Source of the DNA: a virus
Reading direction: 5' to 3' (one strand)
IMG/VR virus record: IMGVR_UViG_3300042691_041718
Coordinates: 1 to 64,000 of that record
Length of the DNA: 64,000 nucleotides
Part shown: positions 28,921 through 39,688 of the stretch, in pieces
Numbering within the stretch: the first letter of the stretch is position 1
How the letters are laid out: each line of letters starts with the position of its first letter
Notes under the pieces: generated by a model
Databases searched by the model: none
The model's input: only the letters and a program-made list of their open reading frames with translations
What the model was told of the DNA's origin: nothing
Position numbers and translations under genes: made by a program

Positions 28921-30011
28921 ATCTCATCTTTTGATTTTTTTAAAGCTTCTGCTATTACTTGGTGCATGTCATAATATTTATAATTTGCTAATCTACCACC
29001 AAAGATATATTTATCTAAAGCTTTACTTCTTTCTTTATAGAGATTATATATAGAATTGTTTAAATAATCATTAACAGGGTAGTAAGCTTCATTTTCACCA
29101 TTATACTTTTGTGGATACTCCTTGGTTATTATAGTGTATTTAGTATCATCTAATAAGTCAAAGTGTTTATGTTCTATTATACGGGTATATGATACATTCT
29201 CGCTAGTGTAATTAACACCAGCAACACCTTGATAATTTGAGATAGGTAATATTTCTTCATCAAATCTTAAACTTCTATATTCTAATTTACCAAATTCATA
29301 ATCAAAAAACTCATCAATCTTTCCAGTGTAAACAATTTTATTTGATATAGATTCATAATATTCACGTTTAGATAAAAAATCTTCACCATAAATTACTTCT
29401 ATATCACCAACTATATTTTCTATCATCTTAGTATATCCACCAATTGGTATACCTTGATATTTATCTCTATAATAGTTATTATCATATTTAAATCGAATTG
29501 GTATTCTTTTAATTATAGAAGTTGGTAATTCAGAAGGATCTTTACCCCATTGTTTTTTTGTATATTCTTTGATTAGTTTTTCATAAATATCTTTACCAAC
29601 CATAGAAAGAGCAAACTCTTCTAAATTTCTTGGATTATCAATATTTATTCTCTGAGAATCTATTTTAGATTTAACCTCTTCAGGTGTAAAAATATTCCAC
29701 ATTTTACCAAATGTATTCATGTTGAATGGTAGATTATAAATCTCACCATTATAGTTTGCTAAAGGTTCATATCTAAAATGATTAAACTTAGCATACTTAT
29801 TAACATATTCCCAAACTTTATCATCCGAAGTATGAAATATATGAGGTCCATATTTATGAACATTGATACCATGTATATTCTCAGTATAAAGGTTACCGGC
29901 AATATGTTTTCTCTTTTCAATAATTAAACAACTTTTACCAGAGTTTTTCATTTCTCTAGCAAAAACTGAGCCAAATAATCCCGATCCAACTATTAAATAA
30001 TCATACTTCAT
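28905..30011 (-). CDS. glf: UDP-galactopyranose mutase
   Basis: GSGLFG FAD motif, HKYGPHIFHT, YYPVN, GRLANYKYYDM. Confidence 0.96.
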   Translation of the reverse strand: MKYDYLIVGSGLFGSVFAREMKNSGKSCLIIEKRKHIAGNLYTENIHGINVHKYGPHIFHTSDDKVWEYVNKYAKFNHFRYEPLANYNGEIYNLPFNMNTFGKMWNIFTPEEVKSKIDSQRINIDNPRNLEEFALSMVGKDIYEKLIKEYTKKQWGKDPSELPTSIIKRIPIRFKYDNNYYRDKYQGIPIGGYTKMIENIVGDIEVIYGEDFLSKREYYESISNKIVYTGKIDEFFDYEFGKLEYRSLRFDEEILPISNYQGVAGVNYTSENVSYTRIIEHKHFDLLDDTKYTIITKEYPQKYNGENEAYYPVNDYLNNSIYNLYKERSKALDKYIFGGRLANYKYYDMHQVIAEALKKSKDEIWSKL

Positions 30012-30793
30012 ATCTTTATCCAACTTTCTGGTATAATATCAGTTGTGTTAATATTAGCCATATCACCAAACCATTTCTCAGGAGCAACTACTTTTTTATT
30101 CATATTATTATTTAACCAAGCCCCCCACCAACTGAATGAACTATTAGCAATAATATTATTCTTACAAAAAGACATCAAATATAAATCTTGAATGTCAGTA
30201 AAACCTTCCATAAATATCATATTATCAAAATGTAAATTTTCTTTACACCATTTTATATCATCAGAAAAAACAAAGATGTAATCATATTCACCAATTGTCT
30301 CAACTGCTTTATTATAATACTCAATAGATTGTACTGGATGATAACCATTTGAGGTAACATAATCAGTTCTTCTTATATGAAGTGAAATATTATTTTTATC
30401 AATCAATGGAGTTTTTAATAGTTTACTCAACATCTCATCACTTGGTTTAAAATCTTCTCTAATCAAAGATTCTATTTCTTTAAAATATTTTTCACTTTGC
30501 CAATATCCATCTAGATAATAATTTACATTCACTGGCTTTGGCACCTCTTTAAAAATAAAATTATCTTCTATTTTATAGATAGGACCAACTAATGATACTC
30601 TTAAATCTGTATTTGTTGAAATGTTTGTAAATCTATTTAATAAAAACTCTCTTTGAGTTGTACCGGGTAATCTATAATTATAGAAATTAGTATCTAATCT
30701 CAACTCGGTATCATGTTTATGAGATAAATATCTACCATAAGCCCATTGAAACATTTGATTTCCTAAACCACCTTGTATTTTACTTATAATCAT
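30008..30793 (-). CDS. Alpha-1,2-fucosyltransferase family (GT11)
   Basis: GGLGNQMFQ, GYWQSEKYF, HIRRTDY, FSDD, NSSFSWW. Confidence 0.92.
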   Translation of the reverse strand: MIISKIQGGLGNQMFQWAYGRYLSHKHDTELRLDTNFYNYRLPGTTQREFLLNRFTNISTNTDLRVSLVGPIYKIEDNFIFKEVPKPVNVNYYLDGYWQSEKYFKEIESLIREDFKPSDEMLSKLLKTPLIDKNNISLHIRRTDYVTSNGYHPVQSIEYYNKAVETIGEYDYIFVFSDDIKWCKENLHFDNMIFMEGFTDIQDLYLMSFCKNNIIANSSFSWWGAWLNNNMNKKVVAPEKWFGDMANINTTDIIPESWIKI

Positions 30794-30800
30794 AATCTTT

Positions 30801-31613
30801 TTATTTTTTATCAATGTATGTGAATTTATCACTTTTAATTTTAGGAGGATCAAATTCACCACCAACATTATAATTAAACCATCTTTCAGGAGCAACAGTA
30901 ATTATATTATCATCATTTAACCAACTAGCCCACCAAGAAAAAGAAGAATTTGGTATAACCGTATATTTAGATTGATAAAGTAAGCAAAAATCAATTTCCA
31001 TCTCATTACTAATAACATCAAAATCTGGGAAAAATTTCTTAGCCTCCTCAACATCATCCGTTATTACTAAAAACTTTAAATCATTTTTTACTTCTCTAAC
31101 TTTATCAATAGCATCTTGATAGTAAGTAATAGGTAAGTACCAATGATGAATATCTTTATAATCAGCTCCTCTGAAGTGTATATAACAATATTCATCAATT
31201 GGATATTTTTGAATCAAATCAATTGTTTTATCTATATTTTCTTTTCTAATAGGAATCCAAGATTTTACTAAATCTTTTTTATCTATAAAATAGTTTTCGG
31301 ATTGAAAAAAACCATTTAAAAAAGTATTATCTGATACATTATCAAGAGATCCTTCTTCTTGTTTGTGTAGTAAATCACCATCGATTTCACCAAAGTCTAT
31401 ATCAAATAGTTTATCACCAATCCAATAATGTGGATTTGATGGATTTGACATCTCATAGTATCCAAACTTTCTACAATAATTTGCTAAATTATTACCTTCT
31501 TCTTTACTTTTTGGTACAAAAAATTTAATACCACTGTTATATGATGCTAATCTAGTAGCTAAATATTGAAATATTTGATTACCTAATCTACCATTAAAAT
31601 AAACTGAAATCAT
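30801..31613 (-). CDS. Alpha-1,2-fucosyltransferase family (GT11), second copy
   Basis: GRLGNQIFQ, GFFQSENYF, HFRGADY, NSSFSWW. Confidence 0.9.
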   Translation of the reverse strand: MISVYFNGRLGNQIFQYLATRLASYNSGIKFFVPKSKEEGNNLANYCRKFGYYEMSNPSNPHYWIGDKLFDIDFGEIDGDLLHKQEEGSLDNVSDNTFLNGFFQSENYFIDKKDLVKSWIPIRKENIDKTIDLIQKYPIDEYCYIHFRGADYKDIHHWYLPITYYQDAIDKVREVKNDLKFLVITDDVEEAKKFFPDFDVISNEMEIDFCLLYQSKYTVIPNSSFSWWASWLNDDNIITVAPERWFNYNVGGEFDPPKIKSDKFTYIDKK

Positions 31614-31616
31614 CTT

Positions 31617-32459
31617 TTAATTATTTTTTTGTAATATTTCTATAATAGAGTTAAAACATCCATCATAGTCAAAATATTTTTTATAAATCTCTCTACCTCT
31701 CTCAACATATCTATTTATATCCTCAGGTGTTTTAGAAGATAATATTTCATCTAATTTTGAAATATCATTAACATGAATTTGTACTCCAATCTCATCAAAA
31801 TTAAATTCAGTATTAAAAGGAACTAGTGGGTTATCATAAATATAGACTGGTATAGATTCGTTTTGAAGAGCTTCACATATTCTAAAGGATGTTTCACCAT
31901 ATCCTCTTGGACAAAGAGAAAAAATACTTCTCGACATAACATCTCTAAATTGTTCATAACCAATTGGTTGTGAAATAAAGTACTTAGAATCACCTCCTAA
32001 TGAATTTCTCATTGCGACTCTAACTGGGTGTGTATCACTACCAATAAAAGAAGCAAATATATCTTTATCAGGATTTATAAAAATATTTGGTGGTGGTAAA
32101 CAATTCAACGGAATTGGATAACATTTATCGGAATATTTACCATGACCACCCATAGCAAATATTTTAATATCTAAATCACCAAAGTTATTTAAAATATTAT
32201 CATCGTATTGAACAATTGTATAATATTTTTTATCTTTATCTAGATTATCAATAAAATTTTGAATATCGGATAAATCTCCATTACCATAGTTTCTATTAAC
32301 ATACAAACTTGTCCAAAAAATTGGAAGGTATATTCTCTCAGTTTCTATCTGGTTTTGTAAATATTTACTATAAAAAAACTCTTCAAATATTTGTGAGTTA
32401 AAAGGTGGATAGTGAACATTTATAACAACTCTTAATGAGTCAGGTGTTTGTATCATCAT
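31617..32459 (-). CDS. Exostosin-family glycosyltransferase (GT47)
   Basis: ASFIGS, S.FSLCPRGYG.TSFR..EAL...IPV. Confidence 0.85.
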   Translation of the reverse strand: MMIQTPDSLRVVINVHYPPFNSQIFEEFFYSKYLQNQIETERIYLPIFWTSLYVNRNYGNGDLSDIQNFIDNLDKDKKYYTIVQYDDNILNNFGDLDIKIFAMGGHGKYSDKCYPIPLNCLPPPNIFINPDKDIFASFIGSDTHPVRVAMRNSLGGDSKYFISQPIGYEQFRDVMSRSIFSLCPRGYGETSFRICEALQNESIPVYIYDNPLVPFNTEFNFDEIGVQIHVNDISKLDEILSSKTPEDINRYVERGREIYKKYFDYDGCFNSIIEILQKNN

Positions 32460-33196
32460 TGTGTAAAAATATTTTTTAGTATATTAATTTGATTACCACT
32501 TTTAGAAGAATTATTCATATAGTAACTACCTTGGTGTACTCTATGTGTATATTCTAAATCAGGACAAACTTCTATATAATTGGTTTCATTTGAACTTAAA
32601 AATAAATAATTAAAAAATCCAACATCACAAATATCAACATCTCTATTAAATGTGTTTATATCAAATGATTTTATATATGATTCTTTATTAACAAAAAAAT
32701 TACCAGTATTTAATAAGACATCTAATAAGTCACCACCATCTAAAAAGTGTTTTTTACAAAATGCCTTATCAATCCTAACCCCATTAAATTTAGTATATTT
32801 TATAAAAATACCTTTTTCATTCCACATGTTATGTTCATGATGAATTAATCTTTCTGGTGATATTAGTTTATTCTTAGACCAATCAGTTTGATATATTTTA
32901 TCAATGTATGTTACATCAATAATATTATCAGAGTCTAATAAAATTATATATTCATTCTCCGCTTTTTTAACACACTCAAGTTTATTAAAAAATGTTCCTA
33001 AATTTATATCTTGTTTATATAGTTTGATTTTGTTATTAGATAATCCATCTAATGCTAATTTTATATTAGCATAATTTGATGAGTTATCATCCATTATAAC
33101 AATTTCTGATATTCTATCATCATTTAAAACTTTGATAAAAGAATCAATTAATATTTCAATTCTTTCATAATTTGGTATACATAAAGATATATTCAT
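32456..33196 (-). CDS. Glycosyltransferase family 2
   Basis: ISLCIPNY, DDNS, LLDSDN. Confidence 0.88.
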   Translation of the reverse strand: MNISLCIPNYERIEILIDSFIKVLNDDRISEIVIMDDNSSNYANIKLALDGLSNNKIKLYKQDINLGTFFNKLECVKKAENEYIILLDSDNIIDVTYIDKIYQTDWSKNKLISPERLIHHEHNMWNEKGIFIKYTKFNGVRIDKAFCKKHFLDGGDLLDVLLNTGNFFVNKESYIKSFDINTFNRDVDICDVGFFNYLFLSSNETNYIEVCPDLEYTHRVHQGSYYMNNSSKSGNQINILKNIFTQ

Positions 33197-33197
33197 T

Positions 33198-33941
33198 TTA
33201 GCTCATAATTTTTTGATATAACTGTCTAGTCCACTCACCTTCATTAATCTTATTCATATGTTTTAAATAGGAAGAGTTACTATGTATTCTATGTTTATAT
33301 CCCATATCTTTTATTAAAAACAGTTTATTATCGGATGTTAGCCAATCAGATAACAATGTAATTGAATCTAAAGAAGATATTAACCTAGTGTCATAGTTTG
33401 GACTGTTTTTTTCGGAACATTTTATATAATTTTCTTTGTTGACAAAATAGTTACAAGTATTCATCATAGTTTGAAATAAACTATTAAAGTGATCTAAATT
33501 TCTGAAGTTCTCTTTAGTTATTAATCCTGAATAAATTCTATAATCAAAATAACTATCGTGATGACCATTCTCGTTTATTTTCTCGATGAAAGCTGGTGCG
33601 TATATCGTATCACTATTCCAATCATCTATTTCATATAGGTGATTGATATAATTTTCACCAATAACATTATCAGAATCAAATAAAATAACCCAATCATTAC
33701 TACAATTTTTTATAGCTCTTATCTTGTTAAGATAAACACCTAAGTTCTCACTATTTTCAATAAGTTTAACTTTATCTGAGTTTAATTCAGATATAATAAC
33801 TTTTAACTCATCTAAATCAGATGAGTTATCATCACAAATTATTATTTCAGAAACTCTATCATCCGTAATTGGATAAGATAGAGTTTCTTTCATAAATTTG
33901 CTATTATTGTAATAAGGTATAGCAATTGAAATTTTTCTCAT
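33198..33941 (-). CDS. Glycosyltransferase family 2 (paralog of neighbour)
   Basis: ISIAIPYYN, DDNSSD, LFDSDN. Confidence 0.88.
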   Translation of the reverse strand: MRKISIAIPYYNNSKFMKETLSYPITDDRVSEIIICDDNSSDLDELKVIISELNSDKVKLIENSENLGVYLNKIRAIKNCSNDWVILFDSDNVIGENYINHLYEIDDWNSDTIYAPAFIEKINENGHHDSYFDYRIYSGLITKENFRNLDHFNSLFQTMMNTCNYFVNKENYIKCSEKNSPNYDTRLISSLDSITLLSDWLTSDNKLFLIKDMGYKHRIHSNSSYLKHMNKINEGEWTRQLYQKIMS

Positions 33942-34564
33942 TATAATTTATTTTTTTTAACAAAAAGACCATCTCCCCAAGTACCACCTACCCAGTTTTG
34001 TTCTACAAATACAAAACCAAATTGACCCAAGAATTGACACAACTCATCTATTTTAGCACAGTTTTTATAAACCTCATCTCTGTTAATTTCAGCAATGATG
34101 TAATCTACATTTTTTAATGTTTCGGTAGCTCCTTTAAAAACTTCTAACTCATATCCTTGAACATCAATATTAATAAAGTTGTATTCTTTATTTGAGTTAT
34201 CAATAACATCATCTAATCTTTTCATCTGTACCATTTCCCTATCGTGAAAAACAATACCAGGATATTGTACTAAGTGTAAAGCTGGTTCTAATATAGAAGA
34301 AGATTGACCATTATTTGCTGTTTCAACAAACATTTCAATTTCTTTTTCTTCTGCTCCTAAAGCAATGTTATATAAAGTTGCATCTGAACCAACTTTTGAT
34401 TCCAATACTTGGAAGTTATTTTTCAAAGGTTCAAAATAAACAATCTTATTTATATTATTCATTTTATATAATGAATGTTCTTCACCATAGTGAGCTCCAA
34501 TATGTAGAACACCATTAATCTCCATGTTGTATTTTCTTAAAATACCGTTAAAATCTAAAAGCAT
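33941..34564 (-). CDS. FkbM-family methyltransferase
   Basis: HIGAHYGEE, FEP, IDVQGYELEVFKG. Confidence 0.9.
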   Translation of the reverse strand: MLLDFNGILRKYNMEINGVLHIGAHYGEEHSLYKMNNINKIVYFEPLKNNFQVLESKVGSDATLYNIALGAEEKEIEMFVETANNGQSSSILEPALHLVQYPGIVFHDREMVQMKRLDDVIDNSNKEYNFINIDVQGYELEVFKGATETLKNVDYIIAEINRDEVYKNCAKIDELCQFLGQFGFVFVEQNWVGGTWGDGLFVKKNKL

Positions 34565-34605
34565 ATTATTTTTTATTTTTTATATTTGTTTTTATAACAA
34601 AGTTT

Positions 34606-35331
34606 TTATTTCATTTCTTGAAAACTATTTTTAGCAAAAAGTTCATCAGCAACGTCTTTCTGTAATTTAGAGTCAACAAAATGATCATTTTGTTGGTGTA
34701 TTCTGTAATAATAGATAGGATTAGGATTGAATTTTATTCTATCAAACCCAGCAATTTCCATAAGTGGTGTCATTGTAGCAACATCACAACTCATAGTATA
34801 AAAATCGCCATTTTTATCTTTGAAACAATTTAATTCAGGATCTTGATTCATTAACTCCTTATATAACTTATATTTATAAGTTCTCATGTGAGAAGCCCAA
34901 TATCCGCCATTTCTAAGTTGTTTAAACTCTTCTCTTGTATATGGTTTACAATGACCAATTTGACCATTTGGCCAAACATACTGACCATAGGTAAGTAAAG
35001 TATTGTCTTGATATAAAGAATTTAAAATATCTAAAGCATCTGGTGTCACTAAAAAATCATCACCATCTAAAATACAAATGATATCCTCATCATCTAAATT
35101 AGATTCAACTATACCATAGTGTATGTTAGGTAAGGCAGTAATTCTTTCTTTATTTTTTCTTAAAGTAAATCTTTCATCTTTTGGTAAATTGAAAGAAGTA
35201 CCATCATTTGAAGCATCATCACAAAAAATAGCTATCCAATTTTGGTATTTCTGACCAATAATTGACTTAGCACAATCTTGAATATAGTTAATGACGTTTC
35301 TATATGGGATTATAAAAACAAATCTATTCAT
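34606..35331 (-). CDS. Glycosyltransferase family 2
   Basis: IIPYRN, DDASNDGT, LDGDD, YYYR.H. Confidence 0.88.
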   Translation of the reverse strand: MNRFVFIIPYRNVINYIQDCAKSIIGQKYQNWIAIFCDDASNDGTSFNLPKDERFTLRKNKERITALPNIHYGIVESNLDDEDIICILDGDDFLVTPDALDILNSLYQDNTLLTYGQYVWPNGQIGHCKPYTREEFKQLRNGGYWASHMRTYKYKLYKELMNQDPELNCFKDKNGDFYTMSCDVATMTPLMEIAGFDRIKFNPNPIYYYRIHQQNDHFVDSKLQKDVADELFAKNSFQEMK

Positions 35332-35360
35332 TATTTAATTATTTTTTATTTATATAAAAT

Positions 35361-35393
35361 AAAAAAGAGAGAGTTTAATCTCTCTCTCTTTTT
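35361..35393 (-). terminator. Intrinsic terminator after clpC
   Basis: AAAAAAGAGAGAG..CTCTCTCTCTTTTT. Confidence 0.75.
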
Positions 35394-35398
35394 AAAGA

Positions 35399-37588
35399 TT
35401 ATTCATCTTTCTTTTTTCTTGTTCGTTTTGGTTTCTCAACCTTAACATCATCATTCTTTACTTCTGGTAGTAAATGTTCTTGTAACTCTTTAATTTCACT
35501 TGGTGTGTGGATAGGTTTAATAAAAGATTGTTCATCCTCTTTATTATAATCACATAAGAATTTTGTTCCTTCTTCTGGATTATTTTCAATAATATAATCA
35601 GTAATTATATCATCAACCCATCTTTGAATAGCTCTCTTTAAAGGTCTAGCACCAAATTTAGGATCATAACCAACTTCAACAAGATGATCTTTTAATTCAT
35701 CTGTGATTTCAATTGGGAAACCAATGTCAGATGCTCTCTTAATTGTTTTATTTAATTCTAAATCAACAATTTTCAAGATTTCATTTTTACCTAAATCTCT
35801 AAAGTAGATAATGTCATCTAATCTATTGATAAACTCAGGAGCAAATTTATTTTTCAACTCTTTATCTAAAATCGCCTTAATGTGTTCTTCATTTTGACTT
35901 TCTCTTGTTTTAGTAGAGAAACCAACTCCAGTACCAAAATCTTTAACTTGTCTTGTACCTACGTTAGAAGTCATTAAAATAATACAATTTTTAAAACTTA
36001 CTTTTCTACCGTGTGAATCAGTCATGTGACCATCATCTAACATTTGTAAGAATAAGTTAAATACCTCAGGATTTGCTTTTTCAATCTCATCAAAAAGAAT
36101 AACAGAATAAGGTTTTCTTCTAATTCTATCAAGAACGTTACTATCTTCATAACCAACATATCCTGGAGCTGAACCTTGAATTTTAGAAATTGAAATTTTA
36201 TCCATATATTCAGACATATCCAATCTAATTAAAGAGTCCTCAGAGTCAAATAGATATTTAGCGATTTGTTTAGCCAACTCAGTTTTACCAACACCAGAGT
36301 TACCAATCAACATACCACTGAATACAGGTCTGTTAGCATCTTTCATACCAACTCTACCTCTTTGAATAGCTCTAACTACTTTCTTAACAGCTTCATCTTG
36401 ACCAACTACTTTACCAGCAATTTCTTGACCCATTTTAGCAAGTCTATTGTTTTCCTTTTCACTTACTTTTTGTAAAGGAATACCTGTAATCATTGATACA
36501 ACCTCTGCTACATTATCCTCAGTTACAATTTGACGATTTTTAGATGATTCTTCTTCCCAGTTTTTTCTAGCCTTTTCCAAAGCATCGTTCAACTTTCTCT
36601 CAGTATCTCTTAATTTAGCAGCCTCTTCGTATTTTTGAGATCTGATAACATCATGTTTTTGATCCTTAATCTCCAATATTTTGTTTTCAATATCTGTAAT
36701 TTCTTTTGGAACAACAATATTTGAAATATGAACTCTTGATCCAGCTTCATCCATAGCATCAATAGCCTTATCTGGTAAAAATCTATCAGTCATATAACGA
36801 GAAGTTAAATCAACACAAGCCTTAATTGCTTCCGGTGTGTAAGTAACATTGTGATGTGACTCATATTTATCTTTAATATTACCAATGATAATCATTGTCT
36901 CTTCTGGAGTAGCAGGTTCAACTTGAACTTTTTGAAAACGTCTTTCTAACGCTCCATCTTTTTCAATGTGTTTTCTATACTCGTCTAAAGTAGTAGCACC
37001 AATGATTTGAATTTCACCTCTTGCTAAAGCTGGTTTAAACATATTGGAAGCATCCATTGATCCAGAAGCTCCACCAGCACCAATCATAGTATGAATTTCA
37101 TCAATGAAAAGGATGACATCAGGATTTTTTTCCATTTCAGCCATTAAAGCCTTAATTCTTTCCTCAAATTGTCCACGGTATTTAGTACCAGCGACCATAG
37201 ATGCTAAGTCAAGCATAACAACTCTTTTATTAAAAAGAAGTCTAGATACTTTTCTTTGAACAATTCTAAGTGCTAATCCTTCAGCAATTGAAGATTTACC
37301 AACACCTGGTTCACCAATTAAAATTGGATTGTTTTTCTTTCTACGAGAAAGAATTTGTGAAACTCTTTCAATTTCTTTTTCACGACCTACGATAGGGTCT
37401 AATCTACCCTCTTCAGCCATTTTAGTCAAATCACGACTATATGTATCTAAAACTGGAGTTTTAGATTTAGTATCAGATTTCTTAGAAGATGAAGAGAATG
37501 TCTTATCATCATCATCATCATCTTCAATAGCCATTCTCACATCAGGTAAGTTTTTGTAATACTGATTGTCTTTATTAGTTTTTCCCAT
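35399..37588 (-). CDS. clpC: ClpC-like AAA+ unfoldase lacking the N-terminal domain
   Basis: Two Walker A (GEPGVGKS, GNSGVGKT), FIDEIH, UVR middle domain, GVGF loop, FGARPLKR. Confidence 0.92.
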   Translation of the reverse strand: MGKTNKDNQYYKNLPDVRMAIEDDDDDDKTFSSSSKKSDTKSKTPVLDTYSRDLTKMAEEGRLDPIVGREKEIERVSQILSRRKKNNPILIGEPGVGKSSIAEGLALRIVQRKVSRLLFNKRVVMLDLASMVAGTKYRGQFEERIKALMAEMEKNPDVILFIDEIHTMIGAGGASGSMDASNMFKPALARGEIQIIGATTLDEYRKHIEKDGALERRFQKVQVEPATPEETMIIIGNIKDKYESHHNVTYTPEAIKACVDLTSRYMTDRFLPDKAIDAMDEAGSRVHISNIVVPKEITDIENKILEIKDQKHDVIRSQKYEEAAKLRDTERKLNDALEKARKNWEEESSKNRQIVTEDNVAEVVSMITGIPLQKVSEKENNRLAKMGQEIAGKVVGQDEAVKKVVRAIQRGRVGMKDANRPVFSGMLIGNSGVGKTELAKQIAKYLFDSEDSLIRLDMSEYMDKISISKIQGSAPGYVGYEDSNVLDRIRRKPYSVILFDEIEKANPEVFNLFLQMLDDGHMTDSHGRKVSFKNCIILMTSNVGTRQVKDFGTGVGFSTKTRESQNEEHIKAILDKELKNKFAPEFINRLDDIIYFRDLGKNEILKIVDLELNKTIKRASDIGFPIEITDELKDHLVEVGYDPKFGARPLKRAIQRWVDDIITDYIIENNPEEGTKFLCDYNKEDEQSFIKPIHTPSEIKELQEHLLPEVKNDDVKVEKPKRTRKKKDE

Positions 37589-37628
37589 ATTATTAAAAAA
37601 TTTTGGTTACAAAGTAATTTATTATATT

Positions 37629-37976
37629 TTATTTTTCATCAGAAGTTTTTTCTTCTGGTAGTATTTGTTCTAATCTTTCGTTTCTTTCATAAGCTTTATC
37701 CTTGATACCCCACTCTTTACTCTTTATTGTAAAAGATAAAATATTATCAAAAATATCCATCGTTTTTATACTAGCTGAAAACCCCTTTGATTTATTATCT
37801 TCCCAATCAAAAACTTTTTTACTCGAATAGTAATTAAGTATTATATCAAAATAAGTTGGATTAGATTTAGTATCTATTGAAAAAAAACTAGAAGTCCAAC
37901 TATTATCAATAGTGAATTGATGTTCAGATTTAATAATCTCGAAAATATTATCTTCTATTTTTAACCAAGTTGTCAT
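37629..37976 (-). CDS. Hypothetical protein with C-terminal RNxRL tag
   Basis: ERNERLEQIL. Confidence 0.65.
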   Translation of the reverse strand: MTTWLKIEDNIFEIIKSEHQFTIDNSWTSSFFSIDTKSNPTYFDIILNYYSSKKVFDWEDNKSKGFSASIKTMDIFDNILSFTIKSKEWGIKDKAYERNERLEQILPEEKTSDEK

Positions 37977-38566
37977 GCTAATCTAAATTTTGATAAGTAG
38001 TCTCTAAGAAATACATTCTTTTCACCACCAATGTACTCAACCCATTTTTGATAGATTTTTTGTTCTTTTGGTATCTCGGAATACTTTATTTGTTTTTCTA
38101 ATCTTGAAACATTGAATCCAAAACCATGATTATCCATAATCATATCACCATAGTTTTCAACAATCCAATCTCCAAGACCTAAGTATTTCTTATTAAAAAC
38201 TCTTTCATCCACAATAAAACAAATACCAGATAACATATCATTTAAATCTGGTTCGTAGAAAGTAGCAATCTTAACATCATTTTCTTCTAAAGTGGTTTTA
38301 ATTGTTTCCATTGATCCAACATAAGTTTCATCTTCTCTCCAACCTTTATTGAAAGCTTCTTCTCTATATCTATCAACAGAGTGGTTTGAGGTACCACCAT
38401 TAAGAATAATAAATGTTTTATTATACTTAGCCCAATTTAAGTAATCATTATCTAAATGATTTACTAATCCATATTCAACTACGGTGTGTCCAAATTGTAT
38501 TCCTTTTTGTATTTCACTAATGTTATATGGCACGAATCCATACATCCTTAATTCTAATTTTTCCAT
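37973..38566 (-). CDS. Possible peptidyl-tRNA hydrolase 2-like protein
   Basis: RMY..V, KGIQFGH, KTFIIL.GG, FYEPDL pattern. Confidence 0.45.
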   Translation of the reverse strand: MEKLELRMYGFVPYNISEIQKGIQFGHTVVEYGLVNHLDNDYLNWAKYNKTFIILNGGTSNHSVDRYREEAFNKGWREDETYVGSMETIKTTLEENDVKIATFYEPDLNDMLSGICFIVDERVFNKKYLGLGDWIVENYGDMIMDNHGFGFNVSRLEKQIKYSEIPKEQKIYQKWVEYIGGEKNVFLRDYLSKFRLA

Positions 38567-38585
38567 AGAGTTTATATTAGAAAAA

Positions 38586-39074
38586 TTATTTTAGTTTAAT
38601 AGAAAGACTACGATTACTAAATTGTTTTAATCCGGTGACTTCCAATAAACTCTTTTTATTTATAAATTCGGGAATATTTAATTCATAATCTTCTGATGGT
38701 ATTTCAATCTCAGCAATAATTAAGTGATAATTATCTTTAAATAAATCAACTTCCCATTTTAAGTCACCATCTGGATAAACCCATCTTTCTTTTCTTATAT
38801 GACGAGCGTTTAATTTATTTGTATAACACTTAGTTTTAAACTTATCAAACTCTTTTTTAGATATTTCTTTTTCTACTTCTTCGTTTGACATATCATTAAT
38901 TCTATATTTTATGGTATGAATCCATTTCTTACCATTTACATTAGAATCGTATTGTCTAACTCTTTCCCAAATACCTTCTTTATTTTTAAAATAAAATTGG
39001 TCTATTTTTATAATCTCACTTGGAAGAATATCAGGCATTGCCTTTAAAAGGAATTTTCTTTCAATTTCTATCAT
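38586..39074 (-). CDS. CYTH domain protein
   Basis: EIERKFL (ExExK), KERW, WEVD.F, AEIE. Confidence 0.88.
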   Translation of the reverse strand: MIEIERKFLLKAMPDILPSEIIKIDQFYFKNKEGIWERVRQYDSNVNGKKWIHTIKYRINDMSNEEVEKEISKKEFDKFKTKCYTNKLNARHIRKERWVYPDGDLKWEVDLFKDNYHLIIAEIEIPSEDYELNIPEFINKKSLLEVTGLKQFSNRSLSIKLK

Positions 39075-39504
39075 TTCTTATATATCTTTCTACTTTTTCA
39101 AAATATCTAGTGACTATTAAAAGTCCTATTGTTAAAATTATAGGTATAAGAACTAAACCCATTCCAGCTAATATTCCAATTCCAGATATTACCCAGATAA
39201 AAGCCGCGGTTGTTATACCAATCATTTTATCATTATCTCTCATAATAACACCACCACCTAAAAATCCCATACCAGTAACTATTGTTGATAGGATACGAGT
39301 TGGGTCAACATTGTACAAAGTTCCTGCATAAAAGGAACCAATAGTAAAAATTGCTGATCCAACACAAATTAGAAGGTTTGTTCTAAGACCAGCAAATTTA
39401 TTTTTCTTTTCTCTTTCCCAACCAACTAGTGATCCACATATTGTTGCTACTAGTATTTTTATTGTTATAGGAAGTAGTAGTGATAGTTCATTATAAATAT
39501 TCAT
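39061..39504 (-). CDS. MgtC/SapB family membrane protein
   Basis: GWERE..KFAGLRT, RI...IVTG.GFLGGG.I, G.TTAA.IW. Confidence 0.93.
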   Translation of the reverse strand: MNIYNELSLLLPITIKILVATICGSLVGWEREKKNKFAGLRTNLLICVGSAIFTIGSFYAGTLYNVDPTRILSTIVTGMGFLGGGVIMRDNDKMIGITTAAFIWVISGIGILAGMGLVLIPIILTIGLLIVTRYFEKVERYIRNDRN

Positions 39505-39688
39505 TACTTATTTATAAAAATAATGTTTTTTCATTTACAAAAAAAAGAGGTCTTAAAAATAAATCTTTAAGCCTCTTTTTAATCACTATTCAAAAACTAA
39601 TTATTATAGTTTAAAAAATAAATTAAGTTTATTTTAAACTTTTATATTTTAGTTTATATATGTCATGTAACTTTTAAAATTGAATATT

